A DNA stretch of 64,000 nt from Basidiobolus meristosporus CBS 931.73 (Eukaryota > Fungi > Basidiobolomycota): assembly GCA_002104905.1 (NCBI GenBank), contig MCFE01000162.1, positions 84,956 through 148,955 on the forward strand, written 5' to 3'. The position numbers and the translations under genes were made by a program. A model generated the notes under the pieces. It was given only the letters and a program-made list of their open reading frames with translations, searched no databases and was not told the origin of the DNA. Positions 25,442 through 40,041 of the stretch are shown one piece after another. Numbering within the stretch: position 1 is the stretch's first letter; each line of letters opens with the position of its first letter.

Positions 25442-27041
25442 TTAGACCCCGAAGTAATAGCATAGAGCGGGACTGCCCAACGTAGCCCACCAACCAATTC
25501 CGCTGTACACTATCAGCTTGGTGAGGATGTCTACGTCGTAGCGGGGCAGGATCGAGTCCTGCTCCTTCCGGAATTCAATAAGCTCTTTCTCGAACTCCAG
25601 AATCTCTTGGGGTGAATGGGCATTCTGCGGTGGTGAGCAGCCTTTTCGATCCCTGACGTGGTTGGCGGACGGGTCGCTTGCGCTTGTCTTGAGCTCGAAG
25701 GACTCCTTCACATCAATGGCCGATTTGGGCCCAACGGTTTCGGTGAATGTATCGAGGTTCACTACAGATGGAACCATAGAGATGGAGGTTCGATTCAGTG
25801 TTTTGTATTTCCGTGCGGGCTTGTGGAATTTTCTCACTGGCAGGTTGAATAGCTTATATACGCCGGGCAATACGAGATAGCACACCTTCTTGGCCACTAT
25901 TCTCCAGCCAATTATCATCACAAATCCTATCAATACCCTCATCACGCTATGTACCAGTCCCGCCTGTGCGAATTGATACTGGAACGTAGCCTGGATGGGT
26001 TTGGTCCAAAATGATGATCCGTTTGCGCCTTGCCACGAACCAAGGTACACTCCAATGATGGCACCTAAGGAGGCCACGCTATCCTCGAAGCAGGGGCAGG
26101 CATCGATGGGGTCCGGTTGATAATGAACAATCAGGATCAACGTGGAGATAAGTGTTACCAGCACAAGCACGCTTGGGAAAAGAATGATCTTCTCAATGAT
26201 GGGCTGTCCCACATGAAACACTACCCAGAGGATCGTACCAAAGAAGATGCCACCAAGGATGTCAGTTATGCTGTGCATACCACAGTAGATTCTGCCGAAA
26301 GACACTGAAAACATATACAGCATGGAGAGGGCACCGAGGAACAACTTCATTTCAAAACCGAGCGCAGAGCCATAGGTGTATGACAAAAGGCTTAGTCCCA
26401 CTCCCACGCAACAGGCAGTGTGGGTTGATGGAAACCCATACTCCAAGTGATGGGTCTTGTTAATGGATAGGCGGTGGACAGGTGGGGAAGCAGGTCGTGG
26501 AAGACACAAATAGTCCTAGCCGCAGAAGATTCACGTCAAGTTGGGTTAGAGACTTTCCATATTCAGGCTGTAGCGTACCTTGGCAATGGCAGTTATCACA
26601 ACCCCGTAAAGAAGAAGGTGAACCATTCTGTACAAGGGGAAACCGAGTGAGCCTCTGCGTCAGCTGCACACTTCAGAGATCAACTTACTCTCGAGCCAGG
26701 CCAGGAATACCAAACATGAAGAGATGGGGTAGAATTATTAAGAAGGTTAAGTGGTTACCCAAAACCGCTGAGGCAATGAAATATTGGTCGAGAAATGAGC
26801 ATCTGAGGGAAGCCTAGTCGTAAGTGGCGTTAGAAGAAGTCTTGGAAGGATGCCTGTTCAAGGCTCTTGCCTGGATTTTTGCGAGAAGCTCGCTCTCTTG
26901 GCGTACAAAACGAAGAAGCTTATTTCTTAAGGCTGCCCTGTGGGGCGGTAAGATGCTATCATAGAGATGCTCGGGAAAGGTTATTTTCGTTAAATTAAAG
27001 TCCGTCTCTCTCGTTTCCTCGTTGACTTTTTTCTCGGTCAT
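25442..27041 (-). CDS. Sphingoid long-chain base-1-phosphate phosphatase (PAP2 family, LCB3/YSR3-like)
   Basis: CLPRPASPPVHRL…EYGFPSTH and SFGRIYCGMHSITDILGG PAP2 motifs; multiple TM segments; 5' introns. Confidence 0.9.
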
Positions 27042-28946
27042 TGTGAGGGAAGTTGGCTTAGAGAAGACTTGGGGAAAGTGTGGTGTTTAGGTCCAGCGGT
27101 GGAGTTAAAAGTGCCCTCCCTTAATGAGTAAAATCTTTTCCGGTTTTACACCAAAATCAAGTAACATTAAGACTCCAGCATTTGCGATCAATTCAAGGCT
27201 CATGATTCTAATAAAATTTGTAATCCCGTGGAGGCTCATTGGTAAGGAATGGCAAATGAGGGAGCATCAGTTCATCGCTGCACAATTGTAATGATTTCTG
27301 TTAGCTTGGCTTCTCACTCGCTTAAATTGTATTTAGATTCTATTAAACTCTTACGGATTGGGGCTGTGTAGTCTGTTTCAATTTTGGTGCTGAATCCTAC
27401 AGATCGAGTAATATGCAGGAGAGTTTCACATAGAGTTCATCGGCTAGAAATAGTCAAAGGTTCTAGAACAGGTCACTGTGATCATTATTTATCCAGGAAA
27501 GTTGATATAAAGAGCGATTCAGCTACCCGACTATCCAGCTGCGTACGGGCTGATATCCCACGTAGCGGAGTGAGGGTGCTGACCAACCGTGCTTGTGGTC
27601 ATTTCTCCGAGTTTGCCGGAAACTGGCAGCTACGTTCTGCCTGTCTTCGGCGTTGCGCAAGACCTTTAGGAACTGTCAAGCTGGTATTGCTTTCACTTGT
27701 TGCCATCGATGAGGCAACAACGTGTGTGCATTGGTGATGTAGAATAAAAGCCCTACACACAGAGATGAAGGGCGCGTGTTCCCATGATTTTGGCATCAAC
27801 CAAACCAAATATTCCAGTGGTATCTTGTAATTGGAATCTATGATCGTTTCAGACGGGAATTCCCGAACATCAGCATCAGCATCAGCACCAGCATCACAGT
27901 GCCACGCTCAAGACCAGCACTAACACCCTGCCCAGCTTAGACTCTCCTTCCGGTGGTCATCGAGGCGTCCCCCCTCATCCACCCATTCTTCTATTAGCAA
28001 CAGCCGTTGGCACAGATCGAATCGACATCATCGTGAAGTCCAGCTCAACGGTGGAAGCCTCAGCGTACCCCAATACAGTGCCATTCCAGTTTAAGGTACA
28101 TCGACAGAACTATCATTTGTGAGTCTATTAGTGAGAATAGATACATACATCATGGTGAAACATTTCCACGCTTTGACCGGAGTCTCATCGACTGGTAATT
28201 AGGACTCCGGCATCTACGGAACTCGAGTACCTCAGGATCCTCTAGCCTACCAACCGCGCAGATCTAAAATTGAAATGTTCAGTTACAATGATGATCAATT
28301 CAGCCCCAGTAGTCTACGAATTGGCAGAATTGGCAAGGCCTGATTAAGCTGGCATTGAATACAATTAGGCCGCCAGAAGTCCCTCGAAACTCCCAAGCGG
28401 ATCACCAAGATCATCGGCCACCAGGTATTTGCGCAACCTTCTGAAGGCAGCTGCAACAGCGCTTATTACTAATGCACCGGAAGAGCGAGGGGTGGGCTCT
28501 CTTTGGTTCTAAATTATCGGAATGATCGGAATGCCCTGGATTGTTGGATATGGGAAAGCCCACTCTGCCCATTCTCGTAAGGCACCTAGACCAATAGATC
28601 TCTGGGCTTCCATGTTCAGATGAACTTTTTCCCTGACCTCAAAATTTTCCCACGAAGCGCATCGTTATTTGGCCAGTGAACTTTTCTGAGTGAAGTGATG
28701 GCGAGGTGCCTCTGGCTGCTCAGTTGGTAGGTAAACAATAATCATACGTATTCAATAACATCAGGTGAAAATTTCGCGTGAGAATTCCGAGATTTCTACT
28801 ATTCCATGTTACTATAAATATGCAGCGGATTTCAAGGATCGCCTACCATTTTCGTTGTGACCTTGGGTTTGCTGAACAGCTTTACTGGGAATCCTTTTTC
28901 TTCCAAAGTTTACTTTACCTTGTTCCCCCGGTTAGAAGCCAATAAA

Positions 28947-29606
28947 ATGCCAATTGCTTACGTCTGTCGCACTGCGAGCTTCTCTGCTGCTCATCGTCTC
29001 CACTCGCCACTGTTATCTATCGAAGAGAATAAAGAGATATTTGGGAAATGTAACCACCCGAATGGACATGGACATAACTACAAGGGTAAGTGGAAATACA
29101 TGGCTAGCAATTCGGCAACAGCGAAGTTTATCAACACGGTTTTTCTTGTTTAGTGGAGATCATTATCAAAGGCGAAGTATGTGACTGACCTTGGTTGGAA
29201 GTGAATGGTTTGCTGATCTTTCAATTTAGGTAGATCCGCTTACAGGCATGGTGATAAATTTGACCGAATTAAAGCAGATCATGGAGGTTGCCATTATGGA
29301 TGTGTTGGATCACAAGAATCTGGTACGCTTTTATTTCCTTGTTTCCTGCAATGCTGCAGACGTTAACCCTTCGTTTCAGGATAAGGACGTGGAGTATTTC
29401 CAGGACAAGCCAAGGTACGTTTAGGGCAGTCTGTACGCGCGGCAACTTGATAGTAATATTTTACCCTTCGCCAAAGTACTACCGAGAACCTGGCTATCTT
29501 TATTTGGAAAAGCATGCAAGAGCATATAACATCATGCCAACTTGACGAAGTTAGAGTCCACGAGACTGACAACAACACAGCTATATTTAGAGGAGAGGGG
29601 CTATAA
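28947..29606 (+). CDS. PTS: 6-pyruvoyl-tetrahydropterin synthase, 4 introns
   Basis: FSAAHRLHS…[49 protein letters not shown]. Confidence 0.93.
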
Positions 29607-30791
29607 TGTTTTTGGTTCGCCAGCATTCATTGTATGTATTTCTATTTTCCTATCGCTCTAAGCCTCCCATATAGGATCCTCCATGTGTACGTATGTGTAT
29701 GTCATGTTAAGCTATGTTGCGTTTAGAATGGCCAAGAGAATAAGTTGTTCATCTTATCATGTAAGATCATAGATTATGGAATTTGCGTCAATATAAAGTG
29801 TTACTACCTTTCAGGTTTGTCTATATTACGTTCCACTTGAGTGGCCACTCACCGGATAGACTGCTATTCAAGGTGGTGTAGGTAGCATGAACAGCATGAA
29901 GGGCACTTAAACCAGCCTGTTGGTGTTGGATGTGCGCCAATGGTGAGATTCAACAATTGTGGTGCTTGATACATGCTACACAGAGCCCCTTTTCCAGCGC
30001 GATATACATCAAGATGGCATTTGGGAATCTGGATAAACATCAATACTTCACTCGATAATCCAGTATTTGAATCACTGTGATGACATGGAGTCTCCATTGT
30101 AGTACATCCAAAAACCTAAATTCAATCACTTGGCGGCTAATCATATGTCTGCTCGCTTCGTCCATCAGTGTTGGCTAGAGCCTGCTCAGTTGGGCATTCT
30201 TCAACAGCCTTTTGTATTTGAAGTCCTAGTCTACCTTCACAGCCATTGGTGACTATTTGTATGCAATTTGCAGGCAAAAATATTCATGCTACATACCATT
30301 AAAATCTCACCCATGGCTGTTGATGTTCTTACAGCCGCCACCAGCTGAGCAGCATGTACTGAGCGTTATTGGTGCGAGTGTGAGATACGTAGAGTGGTAA
30401 TTAATACTGTATTACGTACGACTATTTGATGCATCCTGCTGCTTGGATTCCTCATTTTTGGAAGGCTATTTAAGATACGCTACGAAGCTAACTACGACCA
30501 AACAAATAGTGCAAGGATGACTAGGGATGGTTGTGGGGAGATTGAACAACAGCAGAGCTTCTCACAGGTTTTCAGTCAAGTAAATAACTCTGATCTTTGG
30601 CTTGATGTATGGTTAGAATGGAGATATATATATATTGTTGTCTAACCTTCAATGGGTGGATTTCAATGAATTTACAACCAAGAACGCAGTATACAAGCAG
30701 TACTTCATGTAGTTAGGATATCAAGTTCATGTTCATATGATAGAAGTGATGAGATGAGGGGTTGGGTTCCATTAGTGATGGACTAGTGGAA

Positions 30792-33118
30792 TCATTCAAT
30801 ATGCTCAACGCGAATCGAGACATCAGCTTCTTTTTCGGGGAGCGATCTGGCAGAAACACCAGGGCTATGATCGAGTGGCTCAAGACGTTCAAGGAGCTTG
30901 ATGTGATCGAGGACTTGGGTGATCTGTTGACAAAAGTGATCCGATCCGATCAAGTCGTAGAGGCCTGAAGTCTGGAAGAAACTAAAATGTTGCTCACGCA
31001 AGTTTACGAAGTAAATGCCAATCCCACGCGAACGGTAATCCCGCATGATCTCTAATAGAATCTGTACAGCGCTAACAACACATTTAGTCCGACAAATATT
31101 ACAAGACCAAAGCGATTGCATATCTTACCTTGCATCAACCTCAGTCATATTCTCCACCTCGAATACAACATTGCGAATAGGGCTTAAATATGGCTTTGCC
31201 GAAGGATGTACCCGGAAGTCTCCGTACTGCTCACACCGGCGCAAACGGTCTTTTAAGGAGCCGGAGTTGGCAAAGTGGAGTGGTTCATCGATCTTCAGTA
31301 TCAATAGACCTTCTGCATGAACAGCCTCTGGAAAGTCTCGAATAGGCTTGAATTTGTCGTAACTGCCAGGAATTTGTCCCTGTTCATGAAGATAGAAGGT
31401 TCAGTAAACATCTCCAGTGCTAGCTCGCCGTAGTTCTTACCAGAATAGTGATGGATGGCCTGGTGCTTCTTTTGACCAAGGTCAACAGTGCCAAGCTGAT
31501 AGAAACAAAAGTGCCAACCTCAATACCAACAGCAATTGTCAACACGAAGGTCAACACCATCAAAGCAAGATCGGTAACTGCTCGAATTCTCCATAGGAAC
31601 AGAATATCGCCTGGTGCCTCGAGCACCATACCGGTACCTGCTACAAAAATTAATGACGAGAGAACCGCCTTTGGCAGAAACTCGAAGCAGGGGAGAAGGT
31701 ATAAAATTGCCACCATCACAAGCAGTGAGCTCATTAATCCTGCCATCTGAGTTCTAGCTCCAGCAGAATTCGCCAAACGACTTCTGGGCATAGAGCCAAA
31801 AGCTGGCATGGCTTGGAAAAGCGAGCCTGTAATGTTGGATATGCCTAGTGCAACCAACTCCCTATTTGGCGACACGGGGTAGTTGTGCAGTGTGGCAAAG
31901 CTTTTCGTAATCGCGGCAGATGACACAAAGCCAAGTAACGATATAAGAACTGCAGGAACAGCCAGTTCTCTGATACGATTGTGGTCGAAGATGGGGGGAA
32001 TGTGAGGGAAGGGAATGGATCCCTTTTCGAGCTTGCCAACTACCAATACTCCTTGTTCTGACCATTCGAAAAGCCAGCAAGCTATGGTTGAGATTATCAC
32101 CACCATTAGAAATTCGGGCAAGTACTGAACGTAGGGTTGCTTGAATCTGCGTTTGAGATCTTGCACCACAAATAAAAACCCGACACTAACAAGAGATATG
32201 GTGGCAGTGAGCAGGTGGGTAGACCCCATGTTGAGGATAACAAAAATCAGTTTCTGAAGAGTCGTATGGTCGCGAGGCTTGACCAGACTGTCAAGCCCTA
32301 AAAGGGTGATTGACTGACCCACTAGAATAATGACACCGATTGCGGTGATAAATCCACGTAACAATGCTCTTGACAATAATGAGTCGAGAAAGCCTACTCG
32401 AAGCAAGCCAAGGATCAACGTAAAAGTGCCTACGAGGAAACTGATTACCGATGCAGTAGCAATCGCCTCAGTCACCATCATTTGTGGGTCGGTAATATCT
32501 GCAATACGGGCGGCAACGGAGAATCCGACAAGAATTGCTGCGACTGACTCAGGACCGACGCTCATTTGTCTAAGTGCGCAGGCCTTAGCATATATTCTCA
32601 AGAAAATGATAAAAAACCTCGATACATACCTCGACATACCAAAAAACGCATATATAATACCAGGAATGCAGGCGGTGAATAGGCCATATACCGGTGGTAA
32701 CCTGGCTAGAGCCGAAGCATAGGAGAGACTCTGGGGTACACTCAAGCATACGACAGTCAACGCACTAAACAGATCTCTGCCAAATAGCATCAACGAGTAT
32801 TCAGGAATCCATTTGAGCGCAGGAACATAGTATTTGAAGCGAGTTGATATATCCTCAAAGCTCCAGTTGTTGCTTAGTAGGGTTGATTCAACTTGGGAAT
32901 AGGAATCTAAGGATGTAGCTGCAGTACATGGAATGGTGAGTTCATACACAATAAACAGATAAAACAAAAATGGGGGCTCAATGCCGCCAGCGATTCCGGG
33001 CCATCTGTAACACACCTGAACGTACGGAGCTATAGCTTGCGCGTCTCAGGAGAGGTGCCTTGGAAGGCCGGGTCTCAAGTAGGCCCTCGGTCTCTCGGGA
33101 ATCGTGTGAACTGGTCAT
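30792..33118 (-). CDS. SulP/SLC26 sulfate-anion transporter with STAS domain
   Basis: PQSLSYASALA, GMSRQMSVGP, PNRELVALG, AFGSMPRSR; C-terminal STAS (IDEPLHFANSG…VVFEVEN); first exon MTSSHDSRE at 33118. Confidence 0.9.
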
Positions 33119-34322
33119 GTTGGTCTACGTCGAATGCGCTTCTCAGACTAACGATATTATGTTCGCCAAGGATAAACACAGGTCAACAGAAGTGCGCCTA
33201 ACCAAGTATTGAGGAGCTTCGATCAGAAATAAGACAATTGCTCTGGGGTTTTATAGTAGCTTTTTGATTAGAATGAGCGAGTGGTTGCTTAAGATTGATA
33301 CCCAGACGGTAATGTATCAGACATACAGTAATGGAATGAATAGAAACAATGATGTTCAATATGAAGTTCTAATTACCCATTACACACCCACCCAATATAT
33401 AATGGTTTCAGTGAGACGCTTAGAGATACGACCATTGATTGGAAGCGGAAACGAAGTTTAATTTTAGAATTTTTCTTGCATGCGGGTTACAAATCTCCGG
33501 GTCCTATGCAGCTTCCACCACTACACCACATGTTAGGTTACTCATATTGAGTATCAAGTCCATGATACACCGACAATGGCTGCCGTCACCTGCATCTTGA
33601 GAAAGATCTTATCGTATTTCCCCTTCGCTCGGCCGGATATAGCAAGTATTATTTGCCGTATTGAATATATGTATCCTGACTGGGTGTTTCCTGTTTGAGG
33701 ATAGCATTTTACATCATTTTGACTCGCTCGCTCCAGGCCGCCCACCAATCAAAAGGTGCCCACCTGATGGGTTGGGGTGCGTGATTGCAGTATCAAGAGC
33801 ACGGCGATTCTCATTTATTTTAGCTTTGGTGCCCCTTGGATCCCAGCTATTGCGGAGATCCTCAGGACCACTGACGATATTTCCTAACCAAACCTCATTC
33901 CAATTCTTCCCAAACGAGCCAAGGGCCAACCCAGTTGTGCATATCAGGATGGGTCTAGCTTGACGTTGCCTCGGTGAGATTCAGGATCGAGATTGGACTC
34001 GCACTTTTCCATTTGCACTTTCTCTGGAGTCTTGAATGGCGATGGGATTCCTAACTGCGGCCCATGTGATCCTCTGTAACACTACACCTATTCTTGCTGC
34101 ACAGATGATGACATCAGGGCTGGCTCACGTTTTACATCCGCTGTCTTTCCAAGCACACGGCGAATCCATTGGGCAGTTAAGGTGACAGGCTTAGACAGTA
34201 GTGCATCTAGTACAGTTTGGGGAATCCCAGTTTAATTCATTTGGATAATAGGGAAAGGAGGAGAGGGAATGGGAGGGTGGAAGCATGGAAGGGTCTATTT
34301 ATATTGAGTTCTAACGACAGGT

Positions 34323-37320
34323 TCAGCTGACCTCCATCGGCTGAGCCTCGTCCTGGTGCGAATCCACCTCCTGTAGGCTCTTTTGACGGGCCTCGATGTC
34401 TTTGACGGTCCATAGACTGACCCCGAGCTGGGATTGCTCTATCGGTTGGGCCATGGTTCTGAGGAATTTCTTGGCAATCACAAGCGCCATATCGGTTGAC
34501 AGATTCAGCGTAGGATCCGTTAGGTACTGGTTGATCCATTTAGGCAACTTGGATCTTTTGTCGGCCCGAGCAAATCGTTTGTCACAGAACACCATTAATC
34601 CGTAGTCCGTCTTACCTCGAAGTACACGTCCCACACACTGCGCAGCATGCCGCATGGCGTCAAATGTCAGGTAATCATTTTCCTTGATACGATAGTTGTC
34701 GCGAAGATACTCCAGTCTTGCTTTGAGGATACGGCTTTCGGTGTATTGATAGGGAATCCCAAACATGAGTACAGCCCGACCGTAGTTGTGATCAAAATCG
34801 ATCCCCTCCGAAACTTTACCACGTGCTACAGATAACAGGATGGCTCCGCGTCCATTGTCACAGGCCTTTCGGTAGTTTTCTAAAGCTAGTGTGGTCTCGG
34901 CTGCATCGGGGGTTTCTACGAAAATCAACTTGTGTTTCCATGCGTCGTTAAGCAAGCCCATCTCATTCCACATGGCCACGATGGATTCCATGTACAAGTA
35001 ACTGGGAAAGAAAGCCACCACTCCGTCGGGTACTATCTTGGAGTACTGAACCAGTATGTTTCCAAAATTACGGACCACAGCGGGATCATTACGCACCTCG
35101 AATTTGGAACTGATTGCTACCTGATCGCTGCCACGAGTAATAACCATGGGCAGGAAGCAGTTTCTGGTTAGTGTCATAGAGTAACTTTCCTGCACAACGG
35201 TCTGGAATTGTAGCATCTTTGGATACATCTCTAGAGGGGACAGGGTTCCGGAGGTGATGACCACCGTACCGAATCGCTCAAACACCGGTCGGATAGCCAG
35301 TGAAGGGTCTAGGCATACCAGATGGAAGAGTGGGTTAGGCACCGTCGCTTGGTCATTTTCGAAGGGCTCCAAAATCAGCATAAATCCTTTTTCGTACGTA
35401 GATACAATAGTGGCAAACTCGGCGATTTTCTGTAGTGATGAGTATTCATCAATGTCCGTCAACTCGAGGGTCCTGACCAGCGATGTCAAACGCTCCGCAC
35501 AAAACCTTCGAAGGATGCTTTAGCATATGGATTCAGCTCACTCTTCACCTATGTTCTACCAACCTTAAGGGTTTCCGATCAATGTAGGTCAATTCTCTTA
35601 AATGCTGCAGAAACGAGTAGGGAGACTCCACCACAACGTGCATTACACGCATTCTGGTCTATATATTTCGAGTTAGATTCCTTACTTCCGACAGCAGGGA
35701 GGAGGGAATAAGTGCAGTAACCTTAACGTATTCAATGAACCGTCTCAAGAAAGAGACGAAATGCTCTGCCTTTCGAATGTTTCCAGGTACAGCTTCTTTA
35801 AGCACATCGTCAGGTAGCACTGGGTTGGCCATAAAGACATCAGCATCTCTAGCTTGGTTTGCCTCACGTAGCCCTGAATATAAGTGTTGACTAGAGTATC
35901 AAGGGGGGATCGGCTATATCTTGATCATACCTTCAACCAGTCGAGAGTACTCAGAACGGAGCTTTTCTGCGTCCTGTTTCTTTAGCCTAAGAACAAGGTG
36001 TTAGTCAGCCACGAATACGGTTTACGATATCTATTTACTGACTCGTCAATGCGCTCAGAAAGTTTGGTTACACTCCGTGCACCAGCCTCTAAGATTGGTC
36101 TGGAGATATCGATACTCAACGACTCCATGCAAACGTTATCTGTAAAATGTGTGCTTAGAGTATCAGTTTGCAATTCAACAACATGATTTTGCAAGAGTGC
36201 ATACCAATGTTGTGGGCTTCGTCAAACACAACAATTGAGTCTTTGGAAAGCTCTTTGGACACAAGATCCGCAACTTTTGGGTCTAACAAGTAGTGGTAGC
36301 TGTAGATAATGACATTGGCAAATGCGATCTTCAGCATAATGTGATGTCAGTAAAGCGTTTGGCCAGAAACTTGATTGTCGTCAGGTCATATTTACCGTTC
36401 TTCGAGATAGGTAGTAAGGGCAGAAGTTGTATTCTTTTCCGTATTGCTTCAGGTCGTCCAAGGTGTAGACACCAGGGGCCAAAAGCATCTTGGAGTCGGC
36501 AGCCTCAAGTTGTTCGTAAAAGTTGCATAGTTCGACATTCTCCGGATGCACCTTTGCTCGCTCACGAACCCAGGAAGATGTCATGTTCCTGCACCGAGCA
36601 TCTACAACTCGCCCTTTTTTTTCTCTACTCACCTATTGTTTGGTAACATTGGGACTTTAGTGAAAGGGTCCTTCTCAAAATTAAAATAGATTGTTGCCGT
36701 ACTGTTGGGTGCAGACAGAGATTTCTACGTGAAGTCAATCCCAAGCCTACTATTTCTTCACGGCATCCCTGCGCGCGTCGATAAGCAACTAATCGTTTCA
36801 ATTCTGCCAACGCTTTTTCGATCTCCGGTACGGTTCGCGAACAGTAGACAAGCTTCCGGTTATCTGGATAGAACTTTAAAATTCAATTAGATATGTATTA
36901 TGAGGTGAAAGGATGGCTTCTGATTGTAGTTAGCATACCTGCTGGTATGCCAAAATCAAGGAAAGCAGGGTGATAGTTTTTCCGGTTCCTGAAGGCATTT
37001 CAAGGATGCAATGACCCTATAATGGAATTGAACTTGCTTTAATTTCGGATCAGCTAGAAGTACACCGTAAGATATATTACCTTGGCATCCAAGCTACGTT
37101 TCAGATCTACCATGTAAGCATATTGCTCAGGATATACATAATCGTAGGGGAAATATACTGGCAGGCCGTCAACTTCGAAACTTGATTTCCAAGAAAAGAG
37201 CCCATTTAGTAGATTGAATAATCCGGATGATTAAAGAGTGTGCAGTGATAAAGTGCAGGGAATAGTTGGTGTTTTCACTATTACATAAAGTCCTAAATGA
37301 TTTCTCGATACTTACAGCAT
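34323..37320 (-). CDS. RAD3: TFIIH DNA helicase XPD/Rad3, multi-exon
   Basis: [22 protein letters not shown] (Walker A), VFDEAHNI (DEAH), [27 protein letters not shown]. Confidence 0.97.
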
Positions 37321-38110
37321 ACTGTCTTTAGCAGGTAGTTCTGAACTGCAATGGACCTATTGACCGTATCACTGATTTATCCGCAACTATTTGTCTCCAG
37401 GGTTACAAATACAAGTCGAGCCAACGATTTTGAAAATTTCAGGCGGTTACTCGCGGCTATTGGTTCCTCAACAACCAAGCTGCTGCGCCAAAATTGGTGA
37501 TCGAATACCATTGATTATTTTGCTGAAATCCACTTCATTTAATCAGTAATCAGTCTAATCATTTGTGACCAGTATCTATGCACTTCGATGAGGTTAGCAT
37601 CTGTCACTGAAAACTGTTGAAGGTAAAGATAACGGCCAAGATGCTTCTGAGCGGCAGAAGAATTGAAAAAGAAGTTTGCTGGGTGGAGGGGGTTGGCTCT
37701 CTGTCGGCTTAATATTTCTATAATCATTGAAACAAATTATTGGTTCGTAGAGCTTGGATCGGTGCTAATTTCAAAGGTATTATTTTTATATGGGCCTTCA
37801 TATATGCAATCGCAGAGTTTGAAGTTACAGCGCCTATCTTAGAAATACCTATGCCTGACATTAAGCACACTAGCACATATACTACACTGATGTGTTGCTT
37901 AATTCTGGTTAATTAATGACTTTCATTTGCTCACGTATCAATGATACAATCTAAAAGTTGTTTATGTAGATTCATTATCAGGGTGGTTACTTCCCAGCCA
38001 CAAGTACACCTGCTATTTTTGAGTTTCCTAATCATAAATGATAGGATTTCATTTTCTTATATCACAATGAGATTACACCCAAACTGAGTCTCATGCATGT
38101 GCGTATTGGA

Positions 38111-38340
38111 AATCCCTATGAAAAATAATTTTGATGATCCTGTCAAAAGGCCGTCACAAAATTGAGATCCCGTGACTGAGAGGCATTGATGCTGTCAGAA
38201 TAAATCGCACCCTGAATGTCCAAAAAAACTTGGTCAAAATTTTTCACTTCAACGGCCCTAAGTTGCTGTTGATTGGTTCTCTGCCTTTTCCCTCACTTCC
38301 TGATCCTGGGCACTCAATCTGCTATTAAGTATGCTTTGCC
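38111..38340 (+). mobile_element. Left end of a CCCTATGAAAA-family element
   Basis: CCCTATGAAAAATAATTTTGATGATCCTGTCAAAAGG…, colinear with 43122-43340; no matching right end found. Confidence 0.65.
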
Positions 38341-39208
38341 CAAAACTTCTCAGAAAGACACCACCAAGGTTCGGTGATTTGCCTTGAAATAGCATGTGTG
38401 ACTGATTGCATTTGAGCACTTCTCATCTAAATACCTACCACTCGCATTTGGATAGAGGTGCCAATCATCAAGTGCTATATCTATGTTCAAGCAGTCAAAA
38501 TGAAGGTCTGGATTCCTATACAAATCTCCCATTTGCACCCAAATACTTATATTAATTTGACCACTTAAATCCTAGTACATAAGCATTATTATTTTTGGAC
38601 CAGATTCTTGGATGTGTTTTTACTTGGAACACTTTTCACCCAAGTGTCTGGCCCTCAGGGAATGATATCACTTACCAATAACTCAGATGGCAAAGAATTA
38701 GCTATATACTTGAAAACTTTCATCAGCTGTGTATTGGCACTAGCTGATAGAAATAGATGGTCATAGTCAACTGCAATAGTAACATACTGTTTAGTACTGC
38801 CAGACTCAATTGAAGAGGAGGGAATTGTCACCACACAAATTTGCCAGTATCATAAAGATCTCTGAGAAGCAAAATAGTGCATGTGATATATTGGTAGGTA
38901 TACACAATAGCCAAGAAATTATTAAAATTGCTTATGTAAAGAGCTGCACCACACAGTGTGTCCCTCTGCCAACCAAGTTCTTGGAGAAAGCTTACTTAAA
39001 GAATGGTTTGCTAGCTATTTTCCAAATAAATTGATGAGTCCAGGTAGCTACTAGTCAAGAGATAGAGTGCCAATGCTATTCTACAGGTGAGTTCTATTCC
39101 ATTTGAGGTATGCCAGTTTACTATACAAGTATATTGATAATGGTAATATTATCAGGCAGAGCTGGACAAATAGGGTATAACTTGGCAAAGTATCAGGCTG
39201 TAGAGCTA

Positions 39209-39807
39209 TTAGTGGCCACAGCGTTGTTTAACCTGTTGAACATTAGTCGCATTGAACAAGAGGTCAACGTAGCTTTCGGTATATTGATCATAAACCTTGA
39301 TCCAGTTCTGAACGCATTCTGTGCATATTCTATCATCTGGCACATCAGAAAGATCTTCATTCATGTGAACTTGCAGATCTTTTTCTTCTACCAAGAGACA
39401 ATATTCTGCTGCGAATTTTAGGTGTACTCGAGTGCAATCAGTGGCTCGTAGTTCTCCAGCACATAAGAGATCGCCTTTGCTACCTTCTGAGGTTCTTGGG
39501 AACATCCAGTTAGAATCTTACTTACAAGCGTGTTAGTCACTGACTTGTCGCAACGCGGTGCCGTACACATGGTGTTGAGGAGTGGTGAAAATTAGTCAGC
39601 ATTGCTTAGTTCATAGTTCTACCAACCTATGGAGGCGACTTGTGACCAGATTTGACTGAGCGGTAAAGATGGCTCATTATCAGTTACAATAGAGAGTAAT
39701 GATTGCCTACGAGTGGCCGACAGCTGGCCGAGATCATTGTCTACAGGTGCGGCGTTGGCAACCAAAAGAGTAGAGGCAATCACAGCAGATACACGTGAGG
39801 ATTTCAT
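39209..39807 (-). CDS. Small secreted Cys-containing protein, possibly frameshifted
   Basis: Signal peptide MKSSRVSAVIASTLLVANA; downstream CTAPRCD…GCSQEPQKV…ENYEPL and EYCLL…CTECVQNW lie in different frames. Confidence 0.45.
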
Positions 39808-40041
39808 TGTGGGGGAGTTGCTAGCTAGTGCAACGTTGAGATTCTGCAATGGTGGGGCTATCGGATTTATAGCCATAGCAAGTTCAACTGACTACCTCAG
39901 CCCTCATTTGCCAAGAAATAGGCTTTGTGACCCAAGAATCAAAGGCTTGGCAAGAAAATACGCGAATACGAGGGGGGGGGGTTCGGTTTACCCCATAGCA
40001 TCTATCCTTGTGTTTATTTCAACTACATTCGATGTTTTCTC

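Noticed and set aside
27384-28700. Short ORFs and a (CAGCAT)n tract suggesting a His/Gln-rich gene
   Set aside because: No consistent spliced ORF or recognisable domain could be assembled.
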